Part shown: in pieces, positions 41,941-55,090 of the stretch
Position numbering within the stretch: position 1 is the first letter of the stretch
Layout of the letters: each line of letters opens with the position of its first letter
NCBI GenBank assembly: GCA_030704615.1
Contig: CM060732.1
Coordinates: 82,150,001-82,214,000, forward strand
DNA: 64,000 nucleotides
DNA from: Takakia lepidozioides
Lineage: Eukaryota > Plantae > Bryophyta
Direction of reading: 5' to 3'
Made by a program: the position numbers and the translations under genes
The notes under the pieces: model-generated
The model's database searches: none
Told to the model about the DNA's origin: nothing
The model's input: only the letters and a program-made list of their open reading frames with translations

Positions 41941-42379
41941 CAAAATTATAACAAATATGGTTGTACCGCCTTTTTCGGGTGGGCCCTATTGGTTCGTCAT
42001 TTATTCATTTCACTTTCATTTCACTTTCATTTCACTTCCATCATTCTTGGATCATATATAAGGGAGCAGGGTCACCAAGCTCCTCACTTTTTTTGGCGCA
42101 AACACTTGAGGTTGCTTTGGATGTTCTCTTCCATTGAACGAGAGTGTAGCCCAAGAGGAGGGTGTGCACCTCTTGCCGTTGTGGCTTCCACCAAATCCAC
42201 TTCAGCAGATTGTGTATAAGCTCAACACTACAACCCACATCGACCCACTTGGGTTGCTAACAGGTGTAGAAGTGTTGGGCTATCGCATTGCACCCTACAT
42301 TCACAACACGTTCATTTATAGGTGACTGTTTTTTGTTGTTTACATCGCTAGGGCCCAGGGGAGTGGATATTGGGTGAAG

Positions 42380-44330
42380 ATGAGGAGGAATAGAGCCTTT
42401 GGTATACACCAATCCCGAATACTGTCAGTGCCACTGGTAGTGTTGAGTGCAACCTATGTGAATTAAAACTTTCTTATCGTAAAGATCGGTTGATCGTTCA
42501 TCTCGGCTATAGAGGTGTGAAGAGCGTTGGGGTGGGTTTATGCCCTAAAGCATCTATGTGGGTAAAAAGCCACTTTGCCCAGTATGGAGGCAATATTCCA
42601 ATGTCTCTGGATCTGGACATGACCTCTGAGCACAACACTTCATCTTCCCGTCAGGATGCCTCGATTAGTACCCAAGACGACTCTTGTGAGGCTTCTGATA
42701 TTCTTGGACAAGTGGGTTGTGCCGGAGCAACATCTGCTTCAACACCTCTTTGTACCCCTACACTTCAACGGAGTAGATGATTACGGCAACAATCCATGCA
42801 GGAAGGTCTTAACTTATCTGCGAAAAGATAGTTGGATAAAAAATGGGCGCGGTTTTTTTTCGAGGCCAACATACCATTTAATGTGGCAATGCTTCCGGCA
42901 TTTGATTCTGCCGTTAGAGCAACCTCGGAGTCCAGATCCACGTACGTGCCTCCGACTTATCACAATCTTCGCACATGATTGCTAAAAGACGTCATGACCA
43001 AACTTACCCAGAAGGTCAACGATAGGACGGGCGAGTGCATCAGAAAATATGGAAGCACTATATGTGCCGATGGTTGGAATTCTGTTACAGACAGACCATT
43101 GTTCAATGTCATGCTCGTATGTCCAGCTGGGGAATAATTCTTGGGATCGGTCGACACTAGCAGCGAGAAGAAAGATGGACGTTATCAATGCCAACTATTG
43201 ACGGACTTCATCGAACAAGTCGGAAGTGATAGAATTATGCAAATATGCATAGATAATGCCGTTAACATGAGAAACACTGCAGACATGTTGTTGGCACGTT
43301 ATCCCCATATGTACTATCAAGGTTGTGCTGCTCATATCCTTGATCTCCTTTTGGAAGATTGGGGAAAAGAACAGTGGGGGGAACAACTTGTCAAGCGAGC
43401 GAAGACCGTTGTGTCATTCATCTGCACACACCACATCCCTTTGGCAATATATAGGAGGCACGAACCCAAATACAGCCTCCGGAATCCAGACGAAACTCGT
43501 TTTGCCACTAACTTCTTGATGGTGGATCGGTTGGTGACGGTGAAGAGCAGTTTGGAGCACACCATCATCGATCTTCAATGGGATGCGTACACACGGATAT
43601 TGCGGGACTCCAGAAAAGCCAAGTCATTGGGCAAAAGTCGAAAAATTCGGAATAACATTCGCAGCGATGATTCTGGAAGATATGTGAAAACTTTGTTTAT
43701 ATGGTAGAGCCGGTGTTAATCATCTTGCGGGAGTTTGATGGAAAACAACCAGTAATGGGCAAGGCATGGTTACTAATGCAAAATCTTGAGAAGCACATCC
43801 AATCCTTGAGACATCATCCCTTTTCCTTGGAACCTGAACTTGTGGACAGTGCTGAGGATGCATTTTACGACCGTCGTTTGATGGTTCGAACGGACTTGCA
43901 ATATACGGGGGCTTTGCTCAATCCATTCTTGCTTGACAATACCATGCTCCGAGATGACGCTAATGCCAAGGCCGGCCTCGTGCGAGTGCTCATGCAACTG
44001 GCTTCGCTGAACATGACAGAGAGAGCTATATCCGAGTATCAATGCTTCTCAGATCGCCGCGACCCTTTTGAGGACATGCCGGATCCAAAAAAACTCAATA
44101 TGTTGCCAGTACATGAATGGTGGGATTTGATTGGAGCAAGAACATTGGCTCCCATTGTGAAGCATATTCTTGCCCAAGTATGTTCTGCCTCATCTTGCAA
44201 ACGCAATTGGAGCAGTTACTCATTTGTTCACAACAAGATTCGCAACAGGTTGAATCTCGCAAGGGCTGACAAATTGGTGTATGTGTATATCAATTGCCGA
44301 TTGCAGCGTGGTTTCCATGGTACTCGACCA
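42380..44330 (+). mobile_element. hAT-family transposase (BED finger, DUF659-type core, hAT C-terminal dimerisation domain), degenerate; element ends not resolved (~41.2-46.3 kb)
   Basis: CNLC...HL...C; FFEANIPFNVA; ADGW...PLFNVM; QICIDNA; CAAHILDLLLED; ETRFATNF; EWW...ILAQVCSASSCKRNWS...RNRL...KLVYV. Confidence 0.88.
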
Positions 44331-46538
44331 CAAAAGACGTGTCACGCAGCTCCGCGGCAGCATTCCGGATTCCCCCCCCCGGCATGAGGAGGCAGCGCCC
44401 AAGGTATGGTAGTTCCCAGCCCCTCTCCGCAAACCTACTTGGTTGGTTTCCTTTATGGATACACTTCCTGAAGCGTTGCAATGTGTATTCATTGCAGGTG
44501 AGCAAGAGGAGTGGGCTGTCCCCGGCACCATCATCGCAGCAGGATGTGGTTCCCCAGGCATGCATTCATGGCTCCTTGCTTTGCCTGGCTGGTTTTTAGT
44601 AGGGTTATTTTTGCCAGGAAGTTGTAGTGTGCAGGGTCTGAGCAGGGTGTTTGTTAGCTTGCTCCGTGGAGGTGTGTTTATACCATTGCAACCACCAGAG
44701 TTCATGTTATTCTTATCCGTCTGACTAAACCTCTTTTTGCTGCTGCAGTTGAAGACACGTGGGCAGCTTTCCTCAGTTGCCACCCTCAGCGACGAGCTTC
44801 GCTTCAAGGTACGTTGGTATACCGTGAATTGGCTGTTGATTCAGTATTGTGGCAACCAAGATCGTTTCCATGCCCAGCTGCGCTTGACTTTCACCCTGTC
44901 ATTGCTATGTTTGTTGCTGAGTGGACCCTGATGTTGGTGTCTGCAGATATCAGATCCTGTGTTTCTCCTGAACCCCCATGACAAGCGGTCAAAGACAGCC
45001 GCCGCCAAGGCGGAAGTGGTGGGAATAGCCGGGGTTGACAAGTTCCACTGCAAGGACATTCGATCCGGGTGGTACAAGGTGAAAGTCCACAAGATCATGC
45101 TTCCAAGTGTTACATTGCCTTGCCCAAATGTGGACGATGCCCCCCCCCTAGACCACACTAGCGCACGTGAAAGGCACGGTGACTCTGTGGCCAGAGAAGA
45201 GTATGAGGAAAGGTGAAAGTATCAAGTGACATTTCATGTTTGTAGTCCCTGTTGGGTGTGTAATGATACTCATAGAAGTGTGTATGATACTCACGTTACC
45301 AGTTTTGAACATTTGGGCCATGACAGTTTAAATGATGTCCGGCAACCATGTATGTTGGCATTTAGTCTTGCTCATATGCAGGTGTGCCGTGACGGTCTCT
45401 AATTTGAATGTAATATCACATTTCCTGACTTGTCGTCGTGTCCGTCCACCTTCTATGTGTATGTGTGATGGTCTTTGGTCTCCCTGTTGCCTCGTCTATT
45501 TGGTTCATTAGCGTGATGTTGTGCATGCATCGTGGTCTGTGTTCTCAGTCTCGCCCAGTATCATTGCTTCTCAATTCCCCTTGCATATGTGTGAACCACT
45601 AAAACCAGTAGAATGCACCAGAACCATATTTTCAGCTTAGAATGCAGGTCAGTTGGAAATCACACAAACCACTACGAGTGCTCATTTTTCGTGCTTTCCT
45701 ACTGTAGTGCAACCAACTAGCACAGTGGCAGCGGAGTTGGCCAAAGCAGTCCCGAGATGGCACAAGCACTCTGCGTCTTTCCACTAGCAGTCGTACCCGT
45801 CACTGCCATTGCGTGGGGACGACGCCACGCGTCGACCCACACACTCTCCACGTGGTCCCCGTGGATTCGTCTGCCGGAAGTTGTGCAGTTGATTTCGCCA
45901 GTGGCTGTTGCGACGTCACATGCAACACTCCAAGTGAAGTGGCTGACTACGATGTGGCGTCTTGGGCCCATGGCCACGCGGCAGCATTGCCGCTCGTCGC
46001 GGCGCCGCCACATCCGCATCCACGTCCGCATCCACGTCCGCGTCCACGTGTCACCGCGCCCCGGGTGAGTCAGTCCACTCATCCGGAGGGAAAAGTCAAA
46101 GTCAGCCCAAAAGGTCAGACACACGGGCGGCCCGCCTGGTTACGCCACGTGGTTCTTCAGCATTAATCGCATTAATCGCTGAGCAGTTGTTCGCGCGTTT
46201 GCGTCCTTTACCACTCCAATCATTGGATGTCCAACCCAACTACCACGTCTGTTGTAACTAGTCTGTTGTAACTTCCAGTCGGTCCCAATTTTTTGACTTT
46301 TACGACTCAAAATGAGTCGTTACCCCAGTGGTAAATGACACGAATGCTTCTAGTGATAATTTCATGCATTAACCAAGCAAACACATTTCAGGTTTGTGCA
46401 TGGCCAGAATTACATGAAGGCCACACAAGATTTTAGATTACATCGCCAGTGTGTAATATAAAGACTTGTGTGACCCTATGTAACTATTTGGCTGCACCTA
46501 GAAATGTCCCGTAATGAAGACGCAACCCCACCTACCAT

Positions 46539-47393
46539 CTACGGTTTGCTAGAATCTACATCAAGAAATTGCCCTATAGTCACACCACAATGCATTGGGC
46601 TATCTAGCCATTTCTGATATGCGTTGCGGATCTCTTCTCTTAGTTTCTCTTGCTTTGGATCCCTTCGAGGTGTTGCTGGAGAGTATCCAGGATTCCAAGA
46701 GTCGCTATTCGAAACCCAATCAGGGAATATCTTGGAGATTTCGTCGGTTTCCATTGAGTTCGACGCCTGTGCACCCTGGTAATTTGATCCGGGAGGATAC
46801 ACATGTGCATCCAGGGCGTGCTCTTGTGGAGTGTACAGTCCTGGAGTGTATTCTGGTGAATCTGCTAGTATGTACACTGGGTGGACAACTACTGGTATGT
46901 AAGTGTACTCTGCAGGGGTGTATATTGGTGAATCTAAAGGTACATATGAGTCCTCTAAAGGGGTGTATTCTGGTGAAGCTGCTGGTATATACACTGGGTG
47001 GACAGCTGATGGTATGTAAGTGTCCTCTGAAGGGGTGTATACTGGTGAATCTGCTGGGACATACGTGTCCTCTAAAGGGGTGTATTCTGGTGAATCTGCT
47101 GGTATGTACGAGTCCTCTGCAGGGGTGTAGACTGGTGAATCTGTCGGTGAATACGTGTCCTCTGCAGGGGTGTATTCTAGTGAATGTGCTGGTATGTTCT
47201 CTGGGGCGACAACATTTACTTTGCTTCCTCTGCAATGGCTTAGCTCGGATACCTTGCCGTCCTCCTCCACTAATTTCTGGATAGCGGACATCAGCTCCTC
47301 ATCTTCTAGGTAATGACATCTTGGCCAACGCTTTGGCTGACATCCTGACCGACCCTCAGCGTGTGCAGTGCCTGATTCCAGACTCCTTTTCAA
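46539..47393 (-). repeat. ORF containing a 45-bp (15-aa) tandem repeat, (E/V)YTP.ED(T/S)Y.P.DSP, ~8 units
   Basis: Frame-preserving minisatellite at ~46840-47190 within a 284-codon open frame. Confidence 0.75.
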
Positions 47394-47499
47394 ACTTAAA
47401 ATAATAGGTCAATGAAAGGGAAGTTACTTACTCTTTGACGGATGACCTCATTCCCGGTCGACATTATACACTCTATTACGCTCTTGGATACTACGTCTT

Positions 47500-50400
47500 A
47501 AATATCACGGGAGGTCTCCCGTGACATAAACCTACCACGACAATGGGTTTTATCACGGGAGACCTCCCCTGAGAGAACAAACTGGGAGGTCCCCTGAGTA
47601 GCACGGGAGACCTCCCCTGAGAGAACAAACTGGAGAGGTCCCCTGAGTAGCACGGGAGACCTCCCTTGAGAAAATTCACGGGAGAGGTCGCCAGATTAGC
47701 ATGGGAGACCTCCCCTGAGAAAATGCTTGGGTCACCTGATGCAATCCTAATGCAATCAGTTGTGGGAAGATACGAAAGTACATACCGTGAGCTTGATCCT
47801 GCCATGGTGGTTGAAGAATAATCGCAGCAGCAATGCACCAATCAAATTACACCACAACACCAGCACGGGCTCGCCAGCAGCTCTCCTGATCACCCTCCTG
47901 AACGACGACCGCACCACACAGCTGAAACTAACAAACGAAATCCTGAATACTGCTAGATGCAACAGACAACAGATGCAGAACGCAGATCAGATGCAGATCA
48001 CCGACCCTCCTTCACTCCCTCTCAAGCTCTCAAAACTCGTGGCTCTAAGTTTCAGGAGGGCTTCGCCGTCATGAAAGTGTGAGAGGGAGAATGAACCAGG
48101 GAGCCTCCCCTTTTATACCCAGGGAGGTAGACCCATGTGATACCTTGCCATGGGTATGCGACAGCAGGCATGCCCGGTGCATGTCCCAAGAACTGCCACG
48201 CGCCCGCCATGTGCGAAAAACAAGCGGCGGCTGCCACAGGGGCCAATTATTAGGGGAGGGCTCCCGTGAAACGGCACCTGTCACGCGCCCGCCATGCATG
48301 AGATTCAAATGGCGGCGGCCGCATTGCCCGCAAACCTGTCCAATCATAATTATTAGGGGAGGGCTCCCGTGAAACGGCGCCTGCCACGCGCCAACCATGC
48401 GCGAGATTCAAGTGGCGGCGCGCGTAGGGCCTGCAAACGTGGCCAATCATATTTATTAGGGGAGGGCTCCCGTGAAACGGTGCTTTTGAGCATGCATGTG
48501 AAGGCATTTCCATAGTTAGTATTCCAGCACGTGGCAAGTAGGCAGGCTACGCATGTGTTGGAACGTCAGAGTACGAGACGCCGCCGGCCATAATGCGGCG
48601 GCGGCGCTGCGGTACGCTACGACGAATCTTACCTTCCATGAATGCTGCAAGGGGAGAGCTCCCGTGGCGCGGCACAGCATCATCATGGTCATGCGACATC
48701 CATCGAATCCGACAGCTCAGATTATATCTAGGATCTGCTTGGACGGTACCGATGACATTGATGTCGTCGTGCAGGTACATCATATATAGATGATATCCAT
48801 CCACGTGCGGCCATGCAGAAGTCATACTGTCGGGTACGGGAGGCCCCCCGTCACAGTCATTATGGCAAGTAATTAATGAAACGATTCCCCTTGCTGTACA
48901 AGCCTCATGTATGGGTGCGGTTGGCCTCATGCCCCAGCATGCAAATGCGTCTATATAAGGGCAAGAGCTTTCCTCTCATTTCATTCAGTCTCGGCAAAGC
49001 CTTGCCGAATTGTGGAGTGCAGGTGCTGGATTGACTGAAGAGTGGTGGAAGGGTGGTGGAAGGACGGAGAGTGGTGTTTCATCTCTGCATGTTTGTTAGT
49101 CATTCTCTATCAATATATTCTAGAAGAGTTACACACTGAACTCACGCAGTATCTGCTTTTTTAGCCTGGCACAGCAAAGATGTGCTGTTCCATTAGACTT
49201 TCTCTTTTGTTTTGTCGCTCTTTTCTGAATCTCATTTATCTGTCTTCGTCTTCTCCAGTTATACCATTGAATGTGACGGGAGATCTCCCGTCATCTTGAG
49301 CATATCCTTTCCAATTTGTCTGGAACTCTATTTTCTGTTTATCTTTTTCTGCCCATAGGAGATCACAGAACGGGAGACCTCTCGTGATCCCTTAGTGTTA
49401 TTTGCATCTATGGTGTGCATAGATTCTATCTTGCACAATCCATAATTTTTTTGTGGATTCTAACTTAAGGGTGAGGCGACTATAAGGGGAGATCTCCCGT
49501 CATCCTGCGGAATGTTGCCGCATTTGATATATTCATCTTTTCTATTTCTTTTGCTTGCCATTTTTTACTCAATGGCATAGCAAGGGAGATCTCCCGTGGT
49601 TGAAAATGGTTACCACCTGTGGACAGTTTTCTGTCGGAGAAGCCGTGAATTTAATCCAACTTGTCGGCTCTCCAGTTCCCAGAATTGTCGTTGAGGGTAC
49701 ATGTCTGAATACGTCTAGAGAGGGATTTTGTCATGGCAGACGTCTCTCTAATAGTTTAGTGAGCGTCATATTGAAACCCGTGATACATGGAATGAAGTCA
49801 ATTAGCTTGTCATATTCACATCCAGACGCGGAGACTCTTGGAGAAGCCCTGGGGACACCGATTGTCTGGAAAGTTAGTGAAGTTGAGAAACGTGTGCGAA
49901 TGGAGGGTGAGGTGTGCTTGTCCGATGCTGGAGTGAGCACGAATGTTTTGGAGGATACAATACAGAATGACAATACAGATGGTGTTGAAGGCATAGGAAC
50001 AAAAGTTTCACAAGAGAAAACAAAAAAGAAGAGTGCCGAGTGTCAGAAAGGCGTACATCATATATTAGGAAGAGATACTTGGCGTAATCAGATGTGCAAT
50101 CTTCTCAATGACGAGATGGACGTCATTGCTGAGGGCTGGATTGTGGCGTGTCTACCTGACAAAGTTATTCTCGGTGAAAACCTCTGGGTCAGCTCAGGAT
50201 ATGACAATATGCTAATGACAAGTACGAAATGGCGGCTTACACATACAAAACTTCGAGATGGCCGAAAACTATCAGAGTTGCTCACAAAGTTTTATGAAGA
50301 GCACAAGTCAGACACGGACGATGACCACCTCGAAGGAGTTAAGAAATCGCAGTATAAATGTTTGAAACGAGTTCGAAAGGGAGATGAGAACTCTAGGGGG

Positions 50401-53400
50401 AAGAAATTGATCCGACTCTTAAATTCGGAGTCAATTCAAGCAGTAAGCTCTGTGAGCTGTTGTGCTCAAAACTGTTGTCAACACTTCAGCTGGGAAAAAA
50501 CTAAAGCTATCCGGCATCTTCTTTTGATGCAAAGAGAGAGTTAGGATTTGACATCCCACAACGACTACACCGACTACCAGGTTGTGGTTGTCATGCCTAC
50601 CTTACAATGGAAGGAGTTGAGGTCTGTGAGAAGGCGTGGTGGACAATCCATGGGATCGGAAGGTCGACGTACCATGGATACAAGAGGAAGAGTAATGATG
50701 GATACATCTCGTCAATGCATGGAAACAAAGGAATGAAGAAACCCCGAGCAAAAACCCTGCAGGCCGAGGCGAATTTGTTATCGCTGATTTCCAGAAACAA
50801 TGACCTCATGCCTCATAAAATGAGAGGTATCGGAGAAGGAAGACAAGATGTTCTGAAGTTGCTTCCGGTGGAGATGAATTGGAAGGAGCTGAACCGACTG
50901 TCCAATGAGGTTGGATACTACTTTCCAACCCAATCCGATTCTGCCTCTATAAATATTTTTCTACTTTCAAGGAGCGTATGTCACGGGAGACCTCCCGTAA
51001 TCATTTTGCTACGCGTGCTAATAGTCGATATCAAATCGTCAGCATAATAACCGATAGTCCATTGATGGATCGTTCGGAGCGATTTTGTCCATCTATTTAA
51101 GAACAAAATTTTGTGTCTATCAAATTTTCATATCTCTTGGATGTAGATGTTGGAATATTCGATCTCAATTTCAATCTCCACGGGAGGTCTCCCGTCCCTA
51201 ATAGAATACCAACTCTATATATTGTTCACAATTGGATCAGGCGAACAAACGAATGGGCTTGAAGGAATTGTCGAAGTCTGGAATTAGCCGAATTCAAACG
51301 AAACGAATTCCTTGGTTCGTTGGCTCGTTGGCTCGTTGTCTTCGCGTTCTTGAGAAGCCCACGTGTCAAGACTCAAGAGAAATTTTCGATCGTCCAATGC
51401 AGAACTCCTTTTTCGAAACTCTAATGAGGGGAAAGTCTCGATGTGAGAAAGTACTAAAGCCTAGGGTATCCCAAGGCCCTGTTCGAGCCAAGCCATTACC
51501 CCGTCGACTATACCTGCAAATGGACAATTCTTCAAGAGAGAACAAAAATCGTTGGATGCTTGCTTTTTTATTACTCTTGACGGCAAGAGGTGTTTTTGAA
51601 GAGATCCAGCTTGGAGTCTTGATGGTTGGTCACACCCACGAGGATATTGATGCATACTTTAGTTATTTGTCGTAGAAGTTGAAACATAAGAGCACATATA
51701 TCCTTTCGGATTTCATGCGCCTCTTAATGGAGTCTCAAAACCTGTCATTTTCCCTCAACTGATACAGGAGGTCGCAGACTTCAAGAAGTTTGTGGATGGA
51801 TATATTATTGATGGGAGCGATGCGCTAATCGGCACATCTGAAATGCACATATTCAAGTTCTATGTGGATTGTGACGGTTGGCCTGTAATGAAGTATAAGA
51901 AATTATCAACAACCAACGATGACTGGCTTCCGAAGCAGGGTGCAGTCAAAATGTGGAAGGTTGATGAGGACGGGAGGTCTCCCCTACTACCCCAGGGGAT
52001 CCCGGAACCTGTTCCACTGCAGCCTATTTGGGGAATAAAGCCAGACGCCAGGGAAAAAAATGCCAGTATTGTAATTAACCTTTCGAAGTACCGCGAATTC
52101 TGGAGACTTGGGATGGATCTCGACAAGAACTACGAAAACATCATGAAGAACTACGATGAGTATTGGAAGGATGTTCTTATTGAACTTGGTAAGCCATTGC
52201 CTGAGCCAAAGGACAAGCTGGAGGAGGGGTTTTGGCCTTCGACTCTGTGGAAAGATGACCATGACAAAGATGGGATTAGGGTTGAATGTGAGAGTCAGGA
52301 GGAGTCAGAGGAGGAAGATCGCAACCAATTGGATCCCTATTGTGGGCCAAAGAGTCAAAGACCTAAAGAGCCGATGAACCCATTCAAAGATATTGAAATT
52401 GGAAACTTTGTACTTGTTCGACCACCAGACACAGAGATATATCCAGTTTGGATGGGTGTGGCAATCTCTGATGTTGTTCGTGACCATTCAAATGTGAGAT
52501 ATCGGCAAGTCCTTCTGGAGTGGTGGAGACCTAAAGGTGCTGCAGCGGAGGACATGGACATGTATAAAAACTGCTGGGACAAAGCTTGGGAGTTCAATGA
52601 ATCTGATCCACCAAAGTGGATACATACGAACAGTGTGGTGTAGACAATGCAACCTTGGAAGAACACCTCCAAGTGGAGCTCTAGACGTATTGGAAAGGCC
52701 GAAGCAGTTAAAGCAAAAGCAAATCTATATGCTGCGAACGATCAAAGTGAGTCTGATTAAGCACAGTGTAGAGAGGTGCACGGGAGATCTCCCCTGCTAA
52801 TTTGACGACAATATGTGTTAATGTTGGTCTTACTGGTGATTGCCAGGATTTTGTGGGAGCTCCTTTGACAATCGGAGATTGACCTTGAATTCTCTATGTT
52901 GACCATTTGAAACTTTCAATTTCTGAACATCTATATCTCTAGCGATTTGAACCCTGACTGCCTGCATCTCAGTGAAAGTTTAGTTCTGGTTGATTGTATT
53001 TTAGGCACATCTCCAGGCATCTGCCAGGGAACGAAAAAACGAAAAAAAAAAACAAAAAATGTGTGTGGGATGTGCATCTGCAGTTGCTACATATTCTTGA
53101 CTATTGCAGACTGACATGATTAATATTCTCATTTACCATAGCGCTCGTTGAGTCCCAATTTGGTTCGTTATCTGATAAAGATATGTCGGGGTCCGAATAT
53201 CGTATTTTCTTCCCTAGTGGAATGTACTTTTATATGTCTATTTCAACGGTGGCCCCTTCTTAATCTGACTTTGTAAACTGTATCCTCGCGATGTTGTTAC
53301 TGATTTTCAGGTGTAACATGAGAGATCTCCCGTGGTATGTCATGTTGTTTTTTTAATATTATTTTATTGGATTTGTTTTTTATCTGCGGACAAATAGCTT

Positions 53401-55090
53401 TTGTTCTTATCTCCAAAATTTTGAATGTTTGAATGGCCAGTGGATGTGAATGGTTGTACATTTTTATTTGTTTCCGTCTGACGGTTCCACGCATTTCGTA
53501 TGTCGGACTGCCGATTTCCCATGGTGGTTGATGGTTTTCTCCCTTACACATAGTGCTCGGGAGATGTCCCATGCTACAGTGACTTGACTATTTCCAGTGA
53601 CTTGACTATTTCCGATCATGATTATTATATTTTTCTTAGAGTTCATTGTTGAATATAGTAAGGATTCGCAAATATTTTCATTTTGTGAAGATGATGAGGA
53701 TTTTGTCTAGTCCAAAACCTTCATATCTTCCCTTGCCGAATGTCGTTCACTACTCTGATTTTAACGGTGGCGCCTATTGCTTTTAGTTGTAGCACGGGAG
53801 GTCTCCCCTTCTATGTCTCGACGTCTGTTCGGCATTTCCTGGATTCTTATTTGGTATTCGGAGGGTGACTGTTGTCTTACCTTACAATTTTAATTTCTGG
53901 ATGACGAGTTCATATGAATGTTTCTAGATCTTATTTTCTTTTGATTTGACGGCTCGACGCTTCTCGTATTGAGCACGGGAGATCTCCCCTGGTGGGGGGA
54001 GGTCTCAAAGCACCTGTAGCAAGCTGACATTGTACTTGAAATTGTATTTGACATGGTATCTGACCTTGTATTTGTTGGTTCAATGCATTTCGTTTGTTAT
54101 TTCTTGTCCTCAATGTGACAAAGATTTTTCTATCCCTTAAGTTTCAATAATTCAAAACATTATTCCAATGTTTCTACCAATAATTTTGAGTCACGACCAA
54201 TGTTGGGCGGTTATCAGTTTTTTACTATAACCGTCGGTTCCGGATATTACAAATTTTGGAAATCTAATACCCGCCGGTTCAGGTTATTAAACAAATTTTA
54301 ATATTTTCATACCCGTCGGTTATCAATAGTGTAAGAAATTTTGAACTTACAGGTTATCAATAGCTCTGGTTATTCTATAGTCAATACCCGGCGGTTATTG
54401 AGTAATCCGGTTATTGGATTTATTTATTTACAAGTGTTTTATTTTGTACTAATTTATTTTCAAAAATAAAATCTATAAGTTTTTAAGGTAGCACCTTTTG
54501 CATTTCATTAAGCCAAACATGATTTCCATGCTAATGCTTTTCAATGCTACTACATTGCATTAATGGACAGCTCATAATGACAACATGTACTAATCCGGCT
54601 GTTCTGATGAGAGTACAATCTGGATTTTATGAGAGGATACGTGTTGACCAATTTAAGAGGTGTGGCCCACAAAGGTTTGCCGTATTGATAACCGGTTCCC
54701 AAAATTTTATCTCATATTGGGTCTCTATCCGGTTATCTAGGAACTTCTAACCTCCAGTTATCAATAGGAGCCGGATCTTATAATTTACATAACCACCGGT
54801 TATGTATATCATTTTTTTTGAAAAACAATCCAGTTCCGGTTATCAATATTTTGATAACCGGTTTTGATACCCTGATTACTCAATACCCGCCCAACACTTG
54901 TCACGACCCATTGTGGTTTTAAAGCTCTTACTTTGTTTCCTATATGATATTGACATGCATTTGTTACGTTTTCACGGGAAAGCTCATCTCATCTTCTCTC
55001 ACCATTGACATGTAGTAATCGAGAAATTCGTTTCGCGTAAGATGCGAGAAACTACCTATCGAGTGCACGGGAGATCTCCCCTCCGTGAAT
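47500..55090 (+). mobile_element. Sola-like (DUF7869-type) DNA transposon relic marked throughout by a CACGGGAGA(C/T)CTCCCGTG palindrome; ends not resolved
   Basis: Transposase pieces at 49555-52643: CCAQNCC, VCEKAWWTIHGI...HGNKG, LYLQMDNSSRENKN...VGHTHEDIDAYFS. More than 20 motif copies lie between 47506 and 55080, with ~49-bp (47550-47720) and ~103-bp (48246-48480) tandem units. Confidence 0.72.
54198..54899. mobile_element. Non-autonomous hAT-type MITE (702 bp)
   Basis: 8-bp TSD GTCACGAC (54190-54197, 54900-54907); ends CAATGTTGGGCGG...CCGCCCAACACTT; many internal CCGGTTAT subterminal motifs. Confidence 0.85.

Noticed and set aside
41241-46330. CACTG...CAGTG as CACTA-type termini of the hAT-containing region
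   Set aside because: Only 5 bp match and the 3-bp flanks differ (CGC vs GTA), so the ends are left unresolved.
46595-47284. 229-aa + strand ORF and 171-aa alternative-frame ORF
   Set aside because: These are shadows of the 45-bp tandem repeat.
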